This document shows positions 1 to 15,000 of a DNA stretch of 64,000 nucleotides, piece by piece. The first letter of the stretch is position 1; every line of letters starts with the position of its first letter. Position numbers and translations under genes: made by a program. The stretch lies in NCBI GenBank assembly GCA_964016885.1, contig OZ024743.1, positions 354,764,001 to 354,828,000 of the forward strand, given 5' to 3'. The notes beneath the pieces were generated by a model. That model did no database searches, had not been told where the DNA came from, and saw only the letters and a program-made list of their open reading frames with translations. The DNA is from Eledone cirrhosa. Taxonomy: Eukaryota.

Positions 1-3000
1 ATTGAGGTTTTTGTAATTCTGGTAATGGTGATTCTGATGATTGTGCTGATGCTGGTTGTTGTTGGTGGTAGAGATTGAGGTTTTTGTGATACTGGTAATG
101 GTGATGCTGATGATTGTCCTCATGCTGGTTGTTGTTCGTGGTAGAGATTGAGGTTTTTGTGATTCTGGTAATGGTGATGCTGATGATTGTCTTCATGCTG
201 GTTGTTGTTGGTGGTAGAGATTGAGGTTTTTGTGATTCTGGTAATGGTGATGCTGATGATTGTCCTCATGTTGGTTGTTGTTCGTGGTAGAGATTGAGGT
301 TTTTGTGATTCTGGTAATGGTGATGCTGATGATTGTCCTCATGCTGGTTGTTGTTCGTGGTAGAGATTGAGGTTTTTGTGATTCTGGTAATGGTGATGCT
401 GAGGATTGTCCTCATGCTGGTTGTTGTTCGTGGTAGAGATTGAGGTTTTGTGATTCTGGTAATGGTGATGCTGATGAGTGTCCTCATGCTGGTTGTTGTT
501 CGTGGTAGAGATTGAGGTTTTTGTGATTCTGTTAATGATGATGCTGATGATTTTTCTCATGCTGGTTGTTGCTGGTGGTAGAGATTGTGGTTTTGTGATT
601 CTGGTAATGGTGATGCTGATGATTGTCTTCATGCTGGTTGTTGTTGGTGGTAGAGATTGAGGTTTTTGTGATTCTTGTAATGGTGATGCTGATGATTGTC
701 CTCTACTGGTTGTTGTTGGTGGTAGTGATTGAGGTTTTTGTGATACTGGTAATGGTGATGCTGATGAACGTCCTCGTGTGGTTGTCGTTGGTGGTAGAGA
801 TTGAGATTTTTGTGATACTGGTAATGGTGATGCTGATGATTGTCCTCATGCTGGTTGTTGTTGGTGGTAGAGATTGAGGTTTTTGTGATCCTGGTAATGG
901 TGATGCTGATGATTGTCCTCATGCTGGTTGTTGTTGGTGGTAGAGATTGAGGTCTTTGTGATTCTGGTAATCGTGATGCTGATGATTGTCCTTATGCTGG
1001 TTATTGTTGGTGGTAGAGATTGAGGTTTTTGTGATCCTGGTAATCGTGATGCTGATGATTGTCCTTATGCTGGTTGTTGTTGGTGGTAGAGATTGAGGTT
1101 CTTGTGATTCTGGTAATGGTGATGCTGATGATTGTCCTCATGGTGGTTGTTGTAGGTGGTAGAGATTGAGGTTTTTGTGATTCTGGTAATAGTGATGCTG
1201 ATGATTGTACTCCTGCTGGTTGTTGTTGGTGGTAGAGATTGAGGTTTTTGTGATTCTGGTAATGGTGATGTTAATGATTGTCTTCATGCTGGTTGTTGTT
1301 GGTGGTAGAGATTCAGGTTTTTGTGATTCTGGTAATGGTGATGCTGATGATTGTCTTCATGCTGGTTGTTGTTGGTGGTAGAGATTGAGGTTTTTGTTAT
1401 TCTGGTAATGGTGATGCGGATGATTGTCTTCATACTGGTTGTTGTTGGTGGTAGAGATTGAGGTTTTTGTGATTCTGGTAATGGTGTACTGATGATTGTC
1501 CTCATGCTGGTTGTTGTTGGTGGTAGAGATTGAGGTTTTTGTGACTCTGGTAATAGTGATGCTGATGAACGTACTCCTGCTGGTTGTTGTTGGTGGTAGA
1601 GATTGAGGTTTTTGTGATTCTGGTAATGGTGATGTTGATGATTGTCTTCATGCTGGTTGTTGTTGGTGGTAGAGATTCAGGTTTTTGTGATTCTGGTAAT
1701 GGTGATGCTGATGATTATCTTCATGCTGGTTGTTGTTGGTGGTAGAGATTGAGGTTTTTGTGATTCTGATAATGGTGATGCTGATGATTGTACTCCTGCT
1801 GGTTGTTGTTGGTGGTAGAGATTGAGGTTTTTGTGATTCTGTTAATGGTGAATTTAATGATTGTCTTCATGCTGGTTGTTGTTGGTGGTAGAGATTCAGG
1901 TTTTTGTGATTCTGGTAATGGTGATGCTGATGATTGTCTTCATGCTGGTTGTTGTTGGTGGTAGAGATTGAGGTTTTTGTTATTCTGGTAATGGTGATGC
2001 GGATGATTGTCTTCATGCTGGTTGTTGTTGGTGGTAGAGATTGAGGTTTTTGTGATTCTGGTAATGGTGTACTGATGATTGTCCTCATGCTGGTTGTTGT
2101 TGGTGGTAGAGATTGATGTTTTTGTGACTCTGGTAATAGTGATGCTGATGAACGTACTCCTGCTGGTTGTTGTTGGTGGTAGAGATTGAGGTTTTTGTGA
2201 TTCTGGTAATGGTGATGTTGATGATTGTCTTCATGCTGGTTGTTGTTGGTGGTAGAGATTGAGGTTTTTGTGATTCTGGTAATGGTGATGCTGATGATTA
2301 TCTTCATGCTGGTTGTTGTTGGTGGTAGAGATTGAGGTTTTTGTGATTCTGGTAATGGTGATGCTGATGATTGTCTTCAAGCTAGTTGTTGTTGGTGGTA
2401 GAGATTGAGGTTTTTGTGATTCTGGTAATGGTGATTCTGATGATTGTCTTCCTGCTGGTTGTTGTTGGTGGTAGAGGTTGAGGTTTTTGTAATTCTGGTA
2501 ATGGTGATTCTGATGATTGTGCTGATGCTGGTTGTTGTTGGTGGTAGAGATTGAGGTTTTTGAGATTCTGGTAATGGTGATGCTGATGATTGTCCTCATG
2601 CTGGTTGGTGTTGGTGGTAGAGATTGAGGTTTTTGTAATTCTGGTAATGGTGATTCTGATGATTGTGCTGATGCTGGTTGTTGTTGGTGGTAGAGATTGA
2701 GGTTTTTGTGATACTGGTAATGGTGATGCTGATGATTGTCCTCATGCTGGTTGTTGTTCGTGGTAGAGATTGAGGTTTTTGTGATTCTTGTAATGGTGAT
2801 GCTGATGATTGTCTTCATGCTGATTGTTGTTGGTGGTAGAGATTGAGGTTTTTGTGATTCTGGTAATGGTGATGCTGATGATTGTCTTCATGCTGGTGTT
2901 GTTCGTGGTAGAGATTGAGGTTTTTGTGATTCTGGTAATGGTGATGCTGATGATTGTCTTCATGCTGGTTGTTGTTGGTGGTAGAGATTGAGGTTTTTGT

Positions 3001-6000
3001 GATTCTGGTAATGGTGATGCTGATGATTGTCCTCATGTTGGTTGTTGTTCGTGGTAGAGATTGAGGTTTTTGTGATTCTGGTAATGGTGATGCTGATGAT
3101 TGTCCTCATGCTGGTTGTTGTTCGTGGTAGAGATTGAGGTTTTTGTGATTCTGGTAATGGTGATGCTGATGATTGTCCTCATGCTGGTTGTTGTTCGTGG
3201 TAGAGATTGAGGTTTTGTGATTCTGGTAATGGTGATGCTGATGAGTGTCCTCATGCTGGTTGTTGTTCGTGGTAGAGATTGAGGTTTTTGTGATTCTGTT
3301 AATGGTGATGCTGATGATTTTTCTCATGCTGGTTGTTGCTGGTGGTAGAGATTGAGGTTTTGTGATTCTGGTAATGGTGATGCTGATGATTGTCTTCATG
3401 CTGGTTGTTGTTGGTGGTAGAGATTGAGGTATTTGTGATTCTGGTAATGGTGATGCTGATGATTGTCCTCTACTGGTTGTTGTTGGTGGTAGTGATTGAG
3501 GTTTTTGTGATACTGGTAATGGTGATGCTGATGAACGTCCTCGTGTGGTTGTCGTTGGTGGTAGAGATTGAGATTTTTGTGATACTGGTAATGGTGATGC
3601 TGATGATTGTCCTCATGCTGGTTGTTGTTGGTGGTAGAGATTGAGGATTTTGTGATCCTGGTAATGGTGATGCTGATGATTGTCCTCCTGCTGGTTGTTG
3701 TTGGTGGTAGAGATTGAGGTCTTTGTGATTCTGGTAATCGTGATGCTGATGATTGTCCTTATGCTGGTTGTTGTTGGTGGTAGAGATTGAGGTTTTTGTG
3801 ATCCTGGTAATCGTGATGCTGATGATTGTCCTTATGCTGGTTGTTGTTGGTGGTAGAGATTGAGGTTCTTGTGATTCTGGTAATGGTGATGCTGATGATT
3901 GTCCTCATGCTGGTTGTTGTAGGTGGTAGAGATTGAGGTTTTTGTGATTCTGGTAATAGTGATGCTGATGATTGTACTCCTGCTGGTTGTTGTTGGTGGT
4001 AGAGATTGAGGTTTTTGTGATTCTGGTAATGGTGATGTTAATGATTGTCTTCATGCTGGTTGTTGTTGGTGGTAGAGATTCAGGTTTTTGTGATTCTGGT
4101 AATGGTGATGCTGATGATTGTCTTCATGCTGGTTGTTGTTGGTGGTAGAGATTGAGGTTTTTGTTATTCTGGTAATGGTGATGCGGATGATTGTCTTCAT
4201 GCTGGTTGTTGTTGGTGGTAGAGATTGAGGTTTTTGTGATTCTGGTAATGGTGTACTGATGATTGTCCTCATGCTGGTTGTTGTTGGTGGTAGAGATTGA
4301 GGTTTTTGTGACTCTGGTAATAGTGATGCTGATGAACATACTCCTGCTGGTTGTTGTTGGTGGTAGAGATTGAGGTTTTTGTGATTCTGGTAATGGTGAT
4401 GTTGATGATTGTCTTCATGCTGGTTGTTGTTGGTGGTAGAGATTCAGGTTTTTGTGATTCTGGTAATGGTGATGCTGATGATTATCTTCATGCTGGTTGT
4501 TGTTGGTGGTAGAGATTGAGGTTTTTGTGATTCTGATAATGGTGATGCTGATGATTGTCTTCAAGCTGGTTGTTGTTGGTGGTAGAGATTGAGGTTTTTG
4601 TGATTCTGGTAATGGTGATTCTGATGATTGTCTTCCTGCTGGTTGTTGTTGGTGGTAGAGGTTGAGGTTTTTGTAATTCTGGTAATGGTGATTCTGATGA
4701 TTGTGCTGATGCTGGTTGTTGTTGGTGGTAGAGATTGAGGTTTTTGAGATTCTGGTAATGGTGATGCTGATGATTGTCCTCATGCTGGTTGGTGTTGGTG
4801 GTAGAGATTGAGGTTTTTGTAATTCTGGTAATGGTGATTCTGATGATTGTGCTGATGCTGGTTGTTGTTGGTGGTAGAGATTGAGGTTTTTGTGATTCTG
4901 GTAATGGTGATGCTGATGATTGTCCTCATGCTGGTTGTTGTTGGTGGTAGAGATTGAGGTTTTTGTGATACTGGTAAAGGTGATGCTGATGATTGTCCTC
5001 ATGCTGGTTGTTGTTCGTGGTAGAGATTGAGGTTTTTGTGATTCTGGTAATGGTGATGCTGATGATTGTCTTCATGCTGGTTGTTGTTGGTGGTAGAGAT
5101 TGAGGTTTTTGTGATTCTGGTAATGGTGATGCTGATGATTGTCTTCATGCTGGTGTTGTTCGTGGTAGAGATTGAGGTTTTTGTGATTCTGGTAATGGTG
5201 ATGCTGATTATTGTCTTCATGCTGGTTGTTGTTGGTGGTAGAGATTGAGGTTTTTGTGATTCTGGTAATGGTGATGCTGATGATTGTCCTCATGTTGGTT
5301 GTTGTTCGTGGTAGAGATTGAGGTTTTTGTGATTCTGGTAATGGTGATGCTGATGATTGTCCTCATGCTGGTTGTTGTTCGTGGTAGAGATTGAGGTTTT
5401 TGTGATTCTGGTAATGGTGATGCTGATGATTGTCCTCATGCTGGTTGTTGTTGGTGGTAGAGATTGAGGTTTTTGTGATTCTGGTAATGGTGATGCTGAT
5501 GATTGTCCTCATGCTGGTTGTTGTTCGTGGTAGAGATTGAGGTTTTGTGATTCTGGTAATGGTGATGCTGATGAGTGTCCTCATGCTGGTTGTTGTTCGT
5601 GGTAGAGATTGAGGTTTTTGTGATTCTGTTAATGGTGATGCTGATGATTGTCCTCATGCTGGTTGTTGCTGGTGGTAGAGATTGAGGTTTTGTGATTCTG
5701 GTAATGGTGATTCTGATGATTGTCTTCATGCTGGTTGTTGTTGGTGGTAGAGATTGAGGTTTTTGCGATTCTGGTAATGGTGATGCTGATGATTTTCCTC
5801 TACTGGTTGTTGTTGGTGGTAGAGATTGAGGTTTTTGTGATACTGGTAATGGTGATGCTGATGAACGTCCTCATGCTGGTTGTTGTTGGTGGTAGAGATT
5901 GAGATTTTTGTGATACTGGTAATGGTGATTCTGATGATTGTCCTCATGCTGGTTGTTGTTGGTGGTAGAGATTGAGGTTTTTGTGATCCTGGTAATGGTG

Positions 6001-9000
6001 ATGCTGATGATTGTCCTCATGCTGGTTGTTGTTGGTGGTAGAGATTGAGGTCTTTGTGATTCTGGTAATCGTGATGCTGATGATTGTCCTTATGCTGGTT
6101 GTTGTTGGTGGTAGAGATTAAGGTTTTTGTGATCCTGGTAATCGTGATGCTGATGATTGTCCTTATGCTGGTTGTTGTTGGTGGTAGAGATTGAGGTTCT
6201 TGTGATTCTGGTAATGGTGATGCTGATGATTGTCCTCATGCTGGTTGTTGTAGGTGGTAGAGATTGAGGTTTTGTGATTCTGGTAATGGTGATTCTGATG
6301 ATTGTCTTCATGCTGGTTGTTGTTGGTGGTAGAGATTGAGGTTTTTGTGATTCTGGTAATGGTGATGCTGAGTATTTTCCTCTACTGGTTGTTGTTGGTG
6401 GTAGAGATTGAGGTTTTTGTGATTCTGGTAATGGTGTACTGATGATTGTCCTCATGCTGGTTGTTGTTGGTGGTAGAGATTGAGGTGTTTGTGATTCTGG
6501 TAATGGTGTACTGATGATTGTCCTCATGCTGGTTGTTGTTGGTGTTAGAGATTGAGGTTTTTGTGATTCTGGTAATGGTGTACTGATGATTGTCCTCATG
6601 CTGGTTGTTGTTGGTGGTAGAGATTGAGGTATTTGTGATTCGGGTAATGGTGTACTGATGATTGTCCTCATGCTGGTTGTTGTTGGTGTTAGAGATTGAG
6701 GTTTTTGTGATTCTGGTAATGGTGATGCTGATGATTGTATTCATGCTGGTTGTTGTTGGTTGGAGAGATTGAGGTTTTTGTGATTCTGGTAATGGTGATG
6801 CTGATGATTGTACTCCTGCTGGTTGTTGTTGGTGGTAGAGATTGAGGTTTTTGCGATTCTGGTAATGGTGATGTTGATGATTGTCTTCATGCTGGTTGTT
6901 ATTGGTGGTAGAGATTCAGGTTTTTGTGATTCTGGTAATGGTGATGCTGATGATTGTATTCATGCTGGTTGTTGTTGGTTGGAGAGATTGAGGTTTTTGT
7001 GATTCTGGTAATGGTGATGCTGATGATTGTCTTCATGCAGGTTGTTGTTGGTGGTAGAGATTGAGGTTTTTGTGATTCTGGTAATAGTGATGCTGATGAT
7101 TGTACTCCTGCTGGTTGTTGTTGGTGGTAGAGATTGAGGTTTTTGTGATTCTGGTAATGGTGATGTTAATGATTGTCTTCATGCTGGTTGTTGTTGGTGG
7201 TAGAGATTCAGGTTTTTGTGATTCTGGTAATGGTGATGCTGATGATTGTCTTCATGCTGGTTGTTGTTGGTGGTAGAGATTGAGGTTTTTGTTATTCTGG
7301 TAATGGTGATGCGGATGATTGTGTTCATGCTGGTTGTTGTTGGTGGTAGAGATTGAGGTTTTTGTGATTCTGGTAATGGTGTACTGATGATTGTCCTCAT
7401 GCTGGTTGTTGTTGGTGGTAGAGATTGAGGTTTTTGTGACTCTGGTAATAGTGATGCTGATGAACGTACTCCTGCTGGTTGTTGTTGGTGGTAGAAATTG
7501 AGGTTTTTGTGATTCTGGTAATGGTGATGTTGATGATTGTCTTCATGCTGGTTGTTGTTGGTGGTAGAGATTGAGGTTTTTGTGATTCTGGTAATGGTGA
7601 TGCTGATGATTATCTTCATGCTGGTTGTTGTTGGTGGTAGAGATTGAGGTTTTTGTGATTCTGGTAATGGTGATGCTGATGATTGTCTTCAAGCTGGTTG
7701 TTGTTGGTGGTAGAGATTGAGGTTTTTGTGATTCTGGTAATGGTGATTCTGATGATTGTCTTCCTGCTGGTTGTTGTTGGTGGTAGAGGTTGAGGTTTTT
7801 GTAATTCTGGTAATGGTGATTCTGATGATTGTGCTGATGCTGGTTGTTGTTGGTGGTAGAGATTGAGGTTTTTGAGATTCTGGTAATGGTGATGCTGATG
7901 ATTGTCCTCATGCTGGTTGGTGTTGGTGGTAGAGATTGAGGTTTTTGTAATTCTGGTAATGGTGATTCTGATGATTGTGCTGATGCTGGTTGTTGTTGGT
8001 GGTAGAGATTGAGGTTTTTGTGATTCTGGTAATGGTGATGCTGATGATTGTCCTCATGCTGGTTGTTGTTGGTGGTAGAGATTGAGGTTTTTGTGATACT
8101 GGTAATGGTGATGCTGATGATTGTCCTCATGCTGGTTGTTGTTCGTGGTAGAGATTGAGGTTTTTGTGATTCTGGTAATGGTGATGCTGATGATTGTCTT
8201 CATGCTGGTTGTTGTTGGTGGTAGAGATTGAGGTTTTTGTGATTCTGGTAATGGTGATGCTGATGATTGTCTTCATGCTGGTGTTGTTCGTGGTAGAGAT
8301 TGAGGTTTTTGTGATTCTGGTAATGGTGATGCTGATGATTGTCTTCATGCTGGTTGTTGTTGGTGGTAGAGATTGAGGTTTTTGTGATTCTGGTAATGGT
8401 GATGCTGATGATTGTCCTCATGTTGGTTGTTGTTCGTGGTAGAGATTGAGGTTTTTGTGATTCTGGTAATGGTGATGCTGATGATTGTCCTCATGCTGGT
8501 TGTTGTTCGTGGTAGAGATTGAGGTTTTTGTGATTCTGGTAATGGTGATGCTGATGATTGTCCTCATGCTGGTTGTTGTTCGTGGTAGAGATTGAGGTTT
8601 TGTGATTCTGGTAATGGTGATGCTGATGAGTGTCCTCATGCTGGTTGTTGTTCGTGGTAGAGATTGAGGTTTTTGTGATTCTGTTAATGGTGATGCTGAT
8701 GATTTTTCTCATGCTGGTTGTTGCTGGTGGTAGAGATTGAGGTTTTGTGATTCTGGTAATGGTGATGCTGATGATTGTCTTCATGCTGGTTGTTGTTGGT
8801 GGTAGAGATTGAGGTTTTTGTGATTCTGGTAATGGTGATGCTGATGATTGTCCTCTACTGGTTGTTGTTGGTGGTAGTGATTGAGGTTTTTGTGATACTG
8901 GTAATGGTGATGCTGATGAACGTCCTCGTGTGGTTGTCGTTGGTGGTAGAGATTGAGATTTTTGTGATACTGGTAATGGTGATGCTGATGATTGTCCTCA

Positions 9001-12000
9001 TGCTGGTTGTTGTTGGTGGTAGAGATTGAGGTTTTTGTGATCCTGGTAATGGTGATGCTGATGATTGTCCTCATGCTGGTTGTTGTTGGTGGTAGAGATT
9101 GAGGTCTTTGTGATTCTGGTAATCGTGATGCTGATGATTGTCCTTATGCTGGTTGTTGTTGGTGGTAGAGATTGAGGTTTTTGTGATCCTGGTAATCGTG
9201 ATGCTGATGATTGTCCTTATGCTGGTTGTTGTTGGTGGTAGAGATTGAGGTTCTTGTGATTCTGGTAATGGTGATGCTGATGATTGTCCTCATGCTGGTT
9301 GTTGTTGGTGGTAGAGATTGAGGTTTTTGTGATTCTGGTAATAGTGATGCTGATGATTGTACTCCTGCTGGTTGTTGTTGGTGGTAGAGATTGAGGTTTT
9401 TGTGATTCTGGTAATGGTGATGTTAATGATTGTCTTCATGCTGGTTGTTGTTGGTGGTAGAGATTCAGGTTTTTGTGATTCTGGTAATGGTGATGCTGAT
9501 GATTGTCTTCATGCTGGTTGTTGTTGGTGGTAGAGATTGAGGTTTTTGTTATTCTGGTAATGGTGATGCGGATGATTGTCTTCATGCTGGTTGTTGTTGG
9601 TGGTAGAGATTGAGGTTTTTGTGATTCTGGTAATGGTGATGCTGATGATTGTCCTCATGCTGGTTGTTGTTCGTGGTAGAGATTGAGGTTTTGTGATTCT
9701 GGTAATGGTGATGCTGATGAGTGTCCTCATGCTGGTTGTTGTTCGTGGTAGAGATTGAGGTTTTTGTGATTCTGTTAATGGTGATGCTGATGATTTTTCT
9801 CATGCTGGTTGTTGCTGGTGGTAGAGATTGAGGTTTTGTGATTCTGGTAATGGTGATGCTGATGATTGTCTTCATGCTGGGTGTTGTTGGTGGTAGAGAT
9901 TGAGGTTTTTGTGATTCTGGTAATGGTGATGCTGATGATTGTCCTCTACTGGTTGTTGTTGGTGGTAGTGATTGAGGTTTTTGTGATACTGGTAATGGTG
10001 ATGCTGATGAACGTCCTCGTGTGGTTGTCGTTGGTGGTAGAGATTGAGATTTTTGTGATACTGGTAATGGTGATGCTGATGATTGTCCTCATGCTGGTTG
10101 TTGTTGGTGGTAGAGATTGAGGTTTTTGTGATCCTGGTAATGGTGATGCTGATGATTGTCCTCATGCTGGTTGTTGTTGGTGGTAGAGATTGAGGTCTTT
10201 GTGATTCTGGTAATCGTGATGCTGATGATTGTCCTTATGCTGGTTGTTGTTGGTGGTAGAGATTGAGGTTTTTGTGAACCTGGTAATCGTGATGCTGATT
10301 ATTGTCCTTATGCTGGTTGTTGTTGGTGGTAGAGATTGAGGTTCTTGTGATTCTGGTAATGGTGATGCTGATGATTGTCCTCATGCTGGTTGTTGTTGGT
10401 GGTAGAGATTGAGGTTTTTGTGATTCTGGTAATAGTGATGCTGATGATTGTACTCCTGCTGGTTGTTGTTGGTGGTAGAGATTGAGGTTTTTGTGATTCT
10501 GGTAATGGTGATGTTAATGATTGTCTTCATGCTGGTTGTTGTTGGTGGTAGAGATTCAGGTTTTTGTGATTCTGGTAATGGTGATGCTGATGATTGTCTT
10601 CATGCTGGTTGTTGTTGGTGGTAGAGATTGAGGTTTTTGTTATTCTGGTAATGGTGATGCGGATGATTGTCTTCATGCTGGTTGTTGTTGGTGGTAGAGA
10701 TTGAGGTTTTTGTGATTCTGATAATGGTGTACTGATGATTGTCCTCATGCTGGTTGTTGTTGGTGGTAGAGATTGAGGTTTTTGTGACTCTGGTAATAGT
10801 GATGCTGATGAACGTACTCCTGCTGGTTGTTGTTGGTGGTAGAGATTGAGGTTTTTGTGATTCTGGTAATGGTGATGTTGATGATTGTCTTCATGCCGGT
10901 TGTTGTTGGTGGTAGAGATTCAGGTTTTTGTGATTCTGCTAATGGTGATGCTGATGATTATCTTCATGCTGGTTGTTGTTGGTGGTAGAGATTGAGGTTT
11001 TTGTGATTCTGATAATGGTGATGCTGATGATTGTCTTCAAGCTGGTTGTTGTTGGTGGTAGAGATTGAGGTTTTTGTGATTCTGGTAATGGTGATTCTGA
11101 TGATTGTCTTCCTGCTGGTTGTTGTTGGTGGTAGAGGTTGAGGTTTTTGTAATTCTGGTAATGGTGATTCTGATGATTGTGCTGATGCTGGTTGTTGTTG
11201 GTGGTAGAGATTGAGGTTTTTGAGATTCTGGTAATGGTGATGCTGATGATTGTCCTCATGCTGGTTGGTGTTGGTGGTAGAGATTGAGGTTTTTGTAATT
11301 CTGGTAATGGTGATTCTGATGATTGTGCTGATGCTGGTTGTTGTTGGTGGTAGAGATTGAGGTTTTTGTGATTCTGGTAATGGTGATGCTGATGATTGTC
11401 CTCATGCTGGTTGTTGTTGGTGGTAGAGATTGAGGTTTTTGTGATACTGGTAAAGGTGATGCTGATGATTGTCCTCATGCTGGTTGTTGTTCGTGGTAGA
11501 GATTGAGGTTTTTGTGATTCTGGTAATGGTGATGCTGAAGATTGTCTTCATGCTGGTTGTTGTTGGTGGTAGAGATTGAGGTTTTTGTGATTCTGGTAAT
11601 GGTGATGCTGATGATTGTCTTCATGCTGGTGTTGTTCGTGGTAGAGATTGAGGTTTTTGTGATTCTGGTAATGGTGATGCTGATTATTGTCTTCATGCTG
11701 GTTGTTGTTGGTGGTAGAGATTGAGGTTTTTGTGATTCTGGTAATGGTGATGCTGATGATTGTCCTCATGTTGGTTGTTGTTCGTGGTAGAGATTGAGGT
11801 TTTTGTGATTCTGGTAATGGTGATGCTGATGATTGTCCTCATGCTGGTTGTTGTTCGTGGTAGAGATTGAGGTTTTTGTGATTCTGGTAATGGTGATGCT
11901 GATGATTGTCCTCATGCTGGTTGTTGTTGGTGGTAGAGATTGAGGTTTTTGTGATTCTGGTAATGGTGATGCTGATGATTGTCCTCATGCTGGTTGTTGT

Positions 12001-15000
12001 TCGTGGTAGAGATTGAGGTTTTGTGATTCTGGTAATGGTGATGCTGATGAGTGTCCTCATGCTGGTTGTTGTTCGTGGTAGAGATTGAGGTTTTTGTGAT
12101 TCTGTTAATGGTGATGCTGATGATTGTCCTCATGCTGGTTGTTGCTGGTGGTAGAGATTGAGGTTTTGTGATTCTGGTAATGGTGATTCTGATGATTGTC
12201 TTCATGCTGGTTGTTGTTGGTGGTAGAGATTGAGGTTTTTGTGATTCTGGTAATGGTGATGCTGATGATTTTCCTCTACTGGTTGTTGTTGGTGGTAGAG
12301 ATTGAGGTTTTTGTGATACTGGTAATGGTGATGCTGATGAACGTCCTCGTGTGGTTGTCGTTGGTGGTAGAGATTGAGATTTTTGTGATACTGGTAATGG
12401 TGATTCTGATGATTGTCCTCATGCTGGTTGTTGTTGTTGGTAGAGATTGAGGTTTTTGTGATCCTGGTAATGGTGATGCTGATGATTGTCCTCATGCTGG
12501 TTGTTGTTGGTGGTAGAGATTGAGGTCTTTGTGATTCTGGTAATCGTGATGCTGATGATTGTCCTTATGCTGGTTGTTGTTGGTGGTAGAGATTGAGGTT
12601 TTTGTGATCCTGGTAATCGTGATGCTGATGATTGTCCTTATGCTGGTTGTTGTTGGTGGTAGAGATTGAGATTCTTGTGATTCTGGTAATGGTGATGCTG
12701 ATGATTGTCCTCATGCTGGTTGTTGTAGGTGGTAGAGATCGAGGTTTTTGTGATCCTGGTAATCGTGATGCTGATGATTTTCCTCATCCTGGTTGTTGTT
12801 GGTGGTAGAGATTGAGGTTTTTGTGATACTGGTAATGGTGATGCTGATGATTGTCCTCATGCTGGTTGTTGTTGGTGGTAGAGATTGAGGTTTTTGTGAT
12901 ACTGGTAATGGTGATGCTGATGATTGTCCTCATGCTGGTTGTTGTTCGTGGTAGAGATTGAGGTTTTTGTGATTCTGGTAATGGTGATGCTGATGATTGT
13001 CCTCATGCTGGTTGTTATTGGTGGTAGAGATTGAGGTTTTTGTGATTCTGGTAATGGTGATGCTGATGATTGTCCTCATGCTGGTTGTTGTTCGTGGTAG
13101 AGATTGAGGTTTTTGTGATTCTGGTAAAGGTGATGCTGATGATTGTCCTCATGCTGGTTGTTGTTGGTGGTAGAGATTGAGGTTTTTGTGATTCTGGTAA
13201 TGGTGATGCTGATGATTGTCCTCATGCTGGTTGTTGTTCGTGGTAGAGATTGAGGTTTTTGTGATTCTGGTAATGGTAATGCTGATGATTGTCCTCATGC
13301 TGGTTGTTGTTGGTGGTAGAGATTGAGGTTTTTGTGATTCTGGTAATGGTGATGCTGATGAGTGTCCTCATGCTGGTTGTTGTTCGTGGTAGAGATTGAG
13401 GTTTTTGTGATTCTGTTAATGGTGATGCTGATGATTGTCCTCATGCTGGTTGTTGTTGGTGGTAGAGATTGAGGTTTTTGTGATTCTGGTAATGGTGATG
13501 CTGATGATTGTCCTCATGCTGCTTGTTGTTGGTGGTAGAGATTGAGGTTTTTGTGATTCTGGTAATGGTGATGCTGATGATCGTCCTCATGCTGGTTTTT
13601 GTTCGTGGTAGAGATTGAGGTTTTTGTGATACTGGTAATGGTGATGCTGATGATTGTCCTCATGCTGGTTGTTGTTGGTGGTAGAGATTGAGGTTTTTGT
13701 GATTCTGGTAATGGTGATGCTGATGATTGTCCTCTACTGGTTGTTGTTGGTGGTAGAGATTGAGGTTTTTGTGATACTGGTAATGGTGATGCTGATGAAT
13801 GTCCTCGTGCTGGTTGTCGTTGGTGGTAGAGATTGAGGTTTTTGTGATACTGGTAATGGTGATGCTGATGATTGTCTTCATGCTGGTTGTTGTTGGTGGT
13901 AGAGATTGAGGTTTTTGTGATCCTGGTAATGGTGATGCTGATGATTGTCCTCATGCTGGTTGTTGTTGGTGGTAGAGATTGAGGTTTTTGTGATTCTGGT
14001 AATGGTGATGCTGATGATTGTCCTCATGCTGGTTGTTGTTGGTGGTAGAGATTGAGGTTTTTGTGATTCTGGTAATGGTGATGCTGATGATTGTCCTCAT
14101 GCTGGTTGTTGTTCGTGGTAGAGATTGAGGTTTTTGTGATTCTGGTAATGGTGATGCTGATGATTGTCCTCATGCTGGTTGTTGTTGGTGGTAGAGATTG
14201 AGGTTTTTGTGATTCTGGTAATGGTGATGCAGATGATTGTCCTCATGCTGGTTGTTGTTCGTGGTAGAGATTGAGGTTTTGTGATTCTGGTAATGGTGAT
14301 GCTGATGAGTGTCCTCATGCTGGTTGTTGTTCGTGGTAGAGATTGAGGTTTTTGTGATTCTGTTAATGGTGATGCTGATGATTGTCCTCATGCTGGTTGT
14401 TGCTGGTGGTAGAGATTGAGGTTTTGTGATTCTGGTAATGGTGATTCTGATGATTGTCTTCATGCTGGTTGTTGTTGGTGGTAGAGATTGAGGTTTTTGT
14501 GATTCTGGTAATGGTGATGCTGATGATTTTCCTCTACTTGTTGTTGTTGGTGGTAGAGATTGAGGTTTTTGTGATACTGGTAATGGTGATGCTGATGAAC
14601 GTCCTCGTGTGGTTGTCGTTGGTGGTAGAGATTGAGATTTTTGTGATACTGGTAATGGTGATTCTGATGATTGTCCTCATGCTGGTTGTTGTTGGTGGTA
14701 GAGATTGAGGTTTTTGTGATCCTGGTAATGGTGATGCTGATGATTGTCCTCATGCTTGTTGTTGTTGGTGGTAGAGATTGAGGTCTTTGTGATTCTGGTA
14801 ATCGTGATGCTGATGATTGTCCTTATGCTGGTTGTTGTTGGTGGTAGAGATTGAGGTTTTTGTGATCCTGGTAATCGTGATGCTGATGATTGTCCTTATG
14901 CTGGTTGTTGTTGGTGGTAGAGATTGAGGTTCTTGTGATTCTGGTAATGGTGATGCTGATGATTGTCCTCATGCTGGTTGTTGTAGGTGGTAGAGATCGA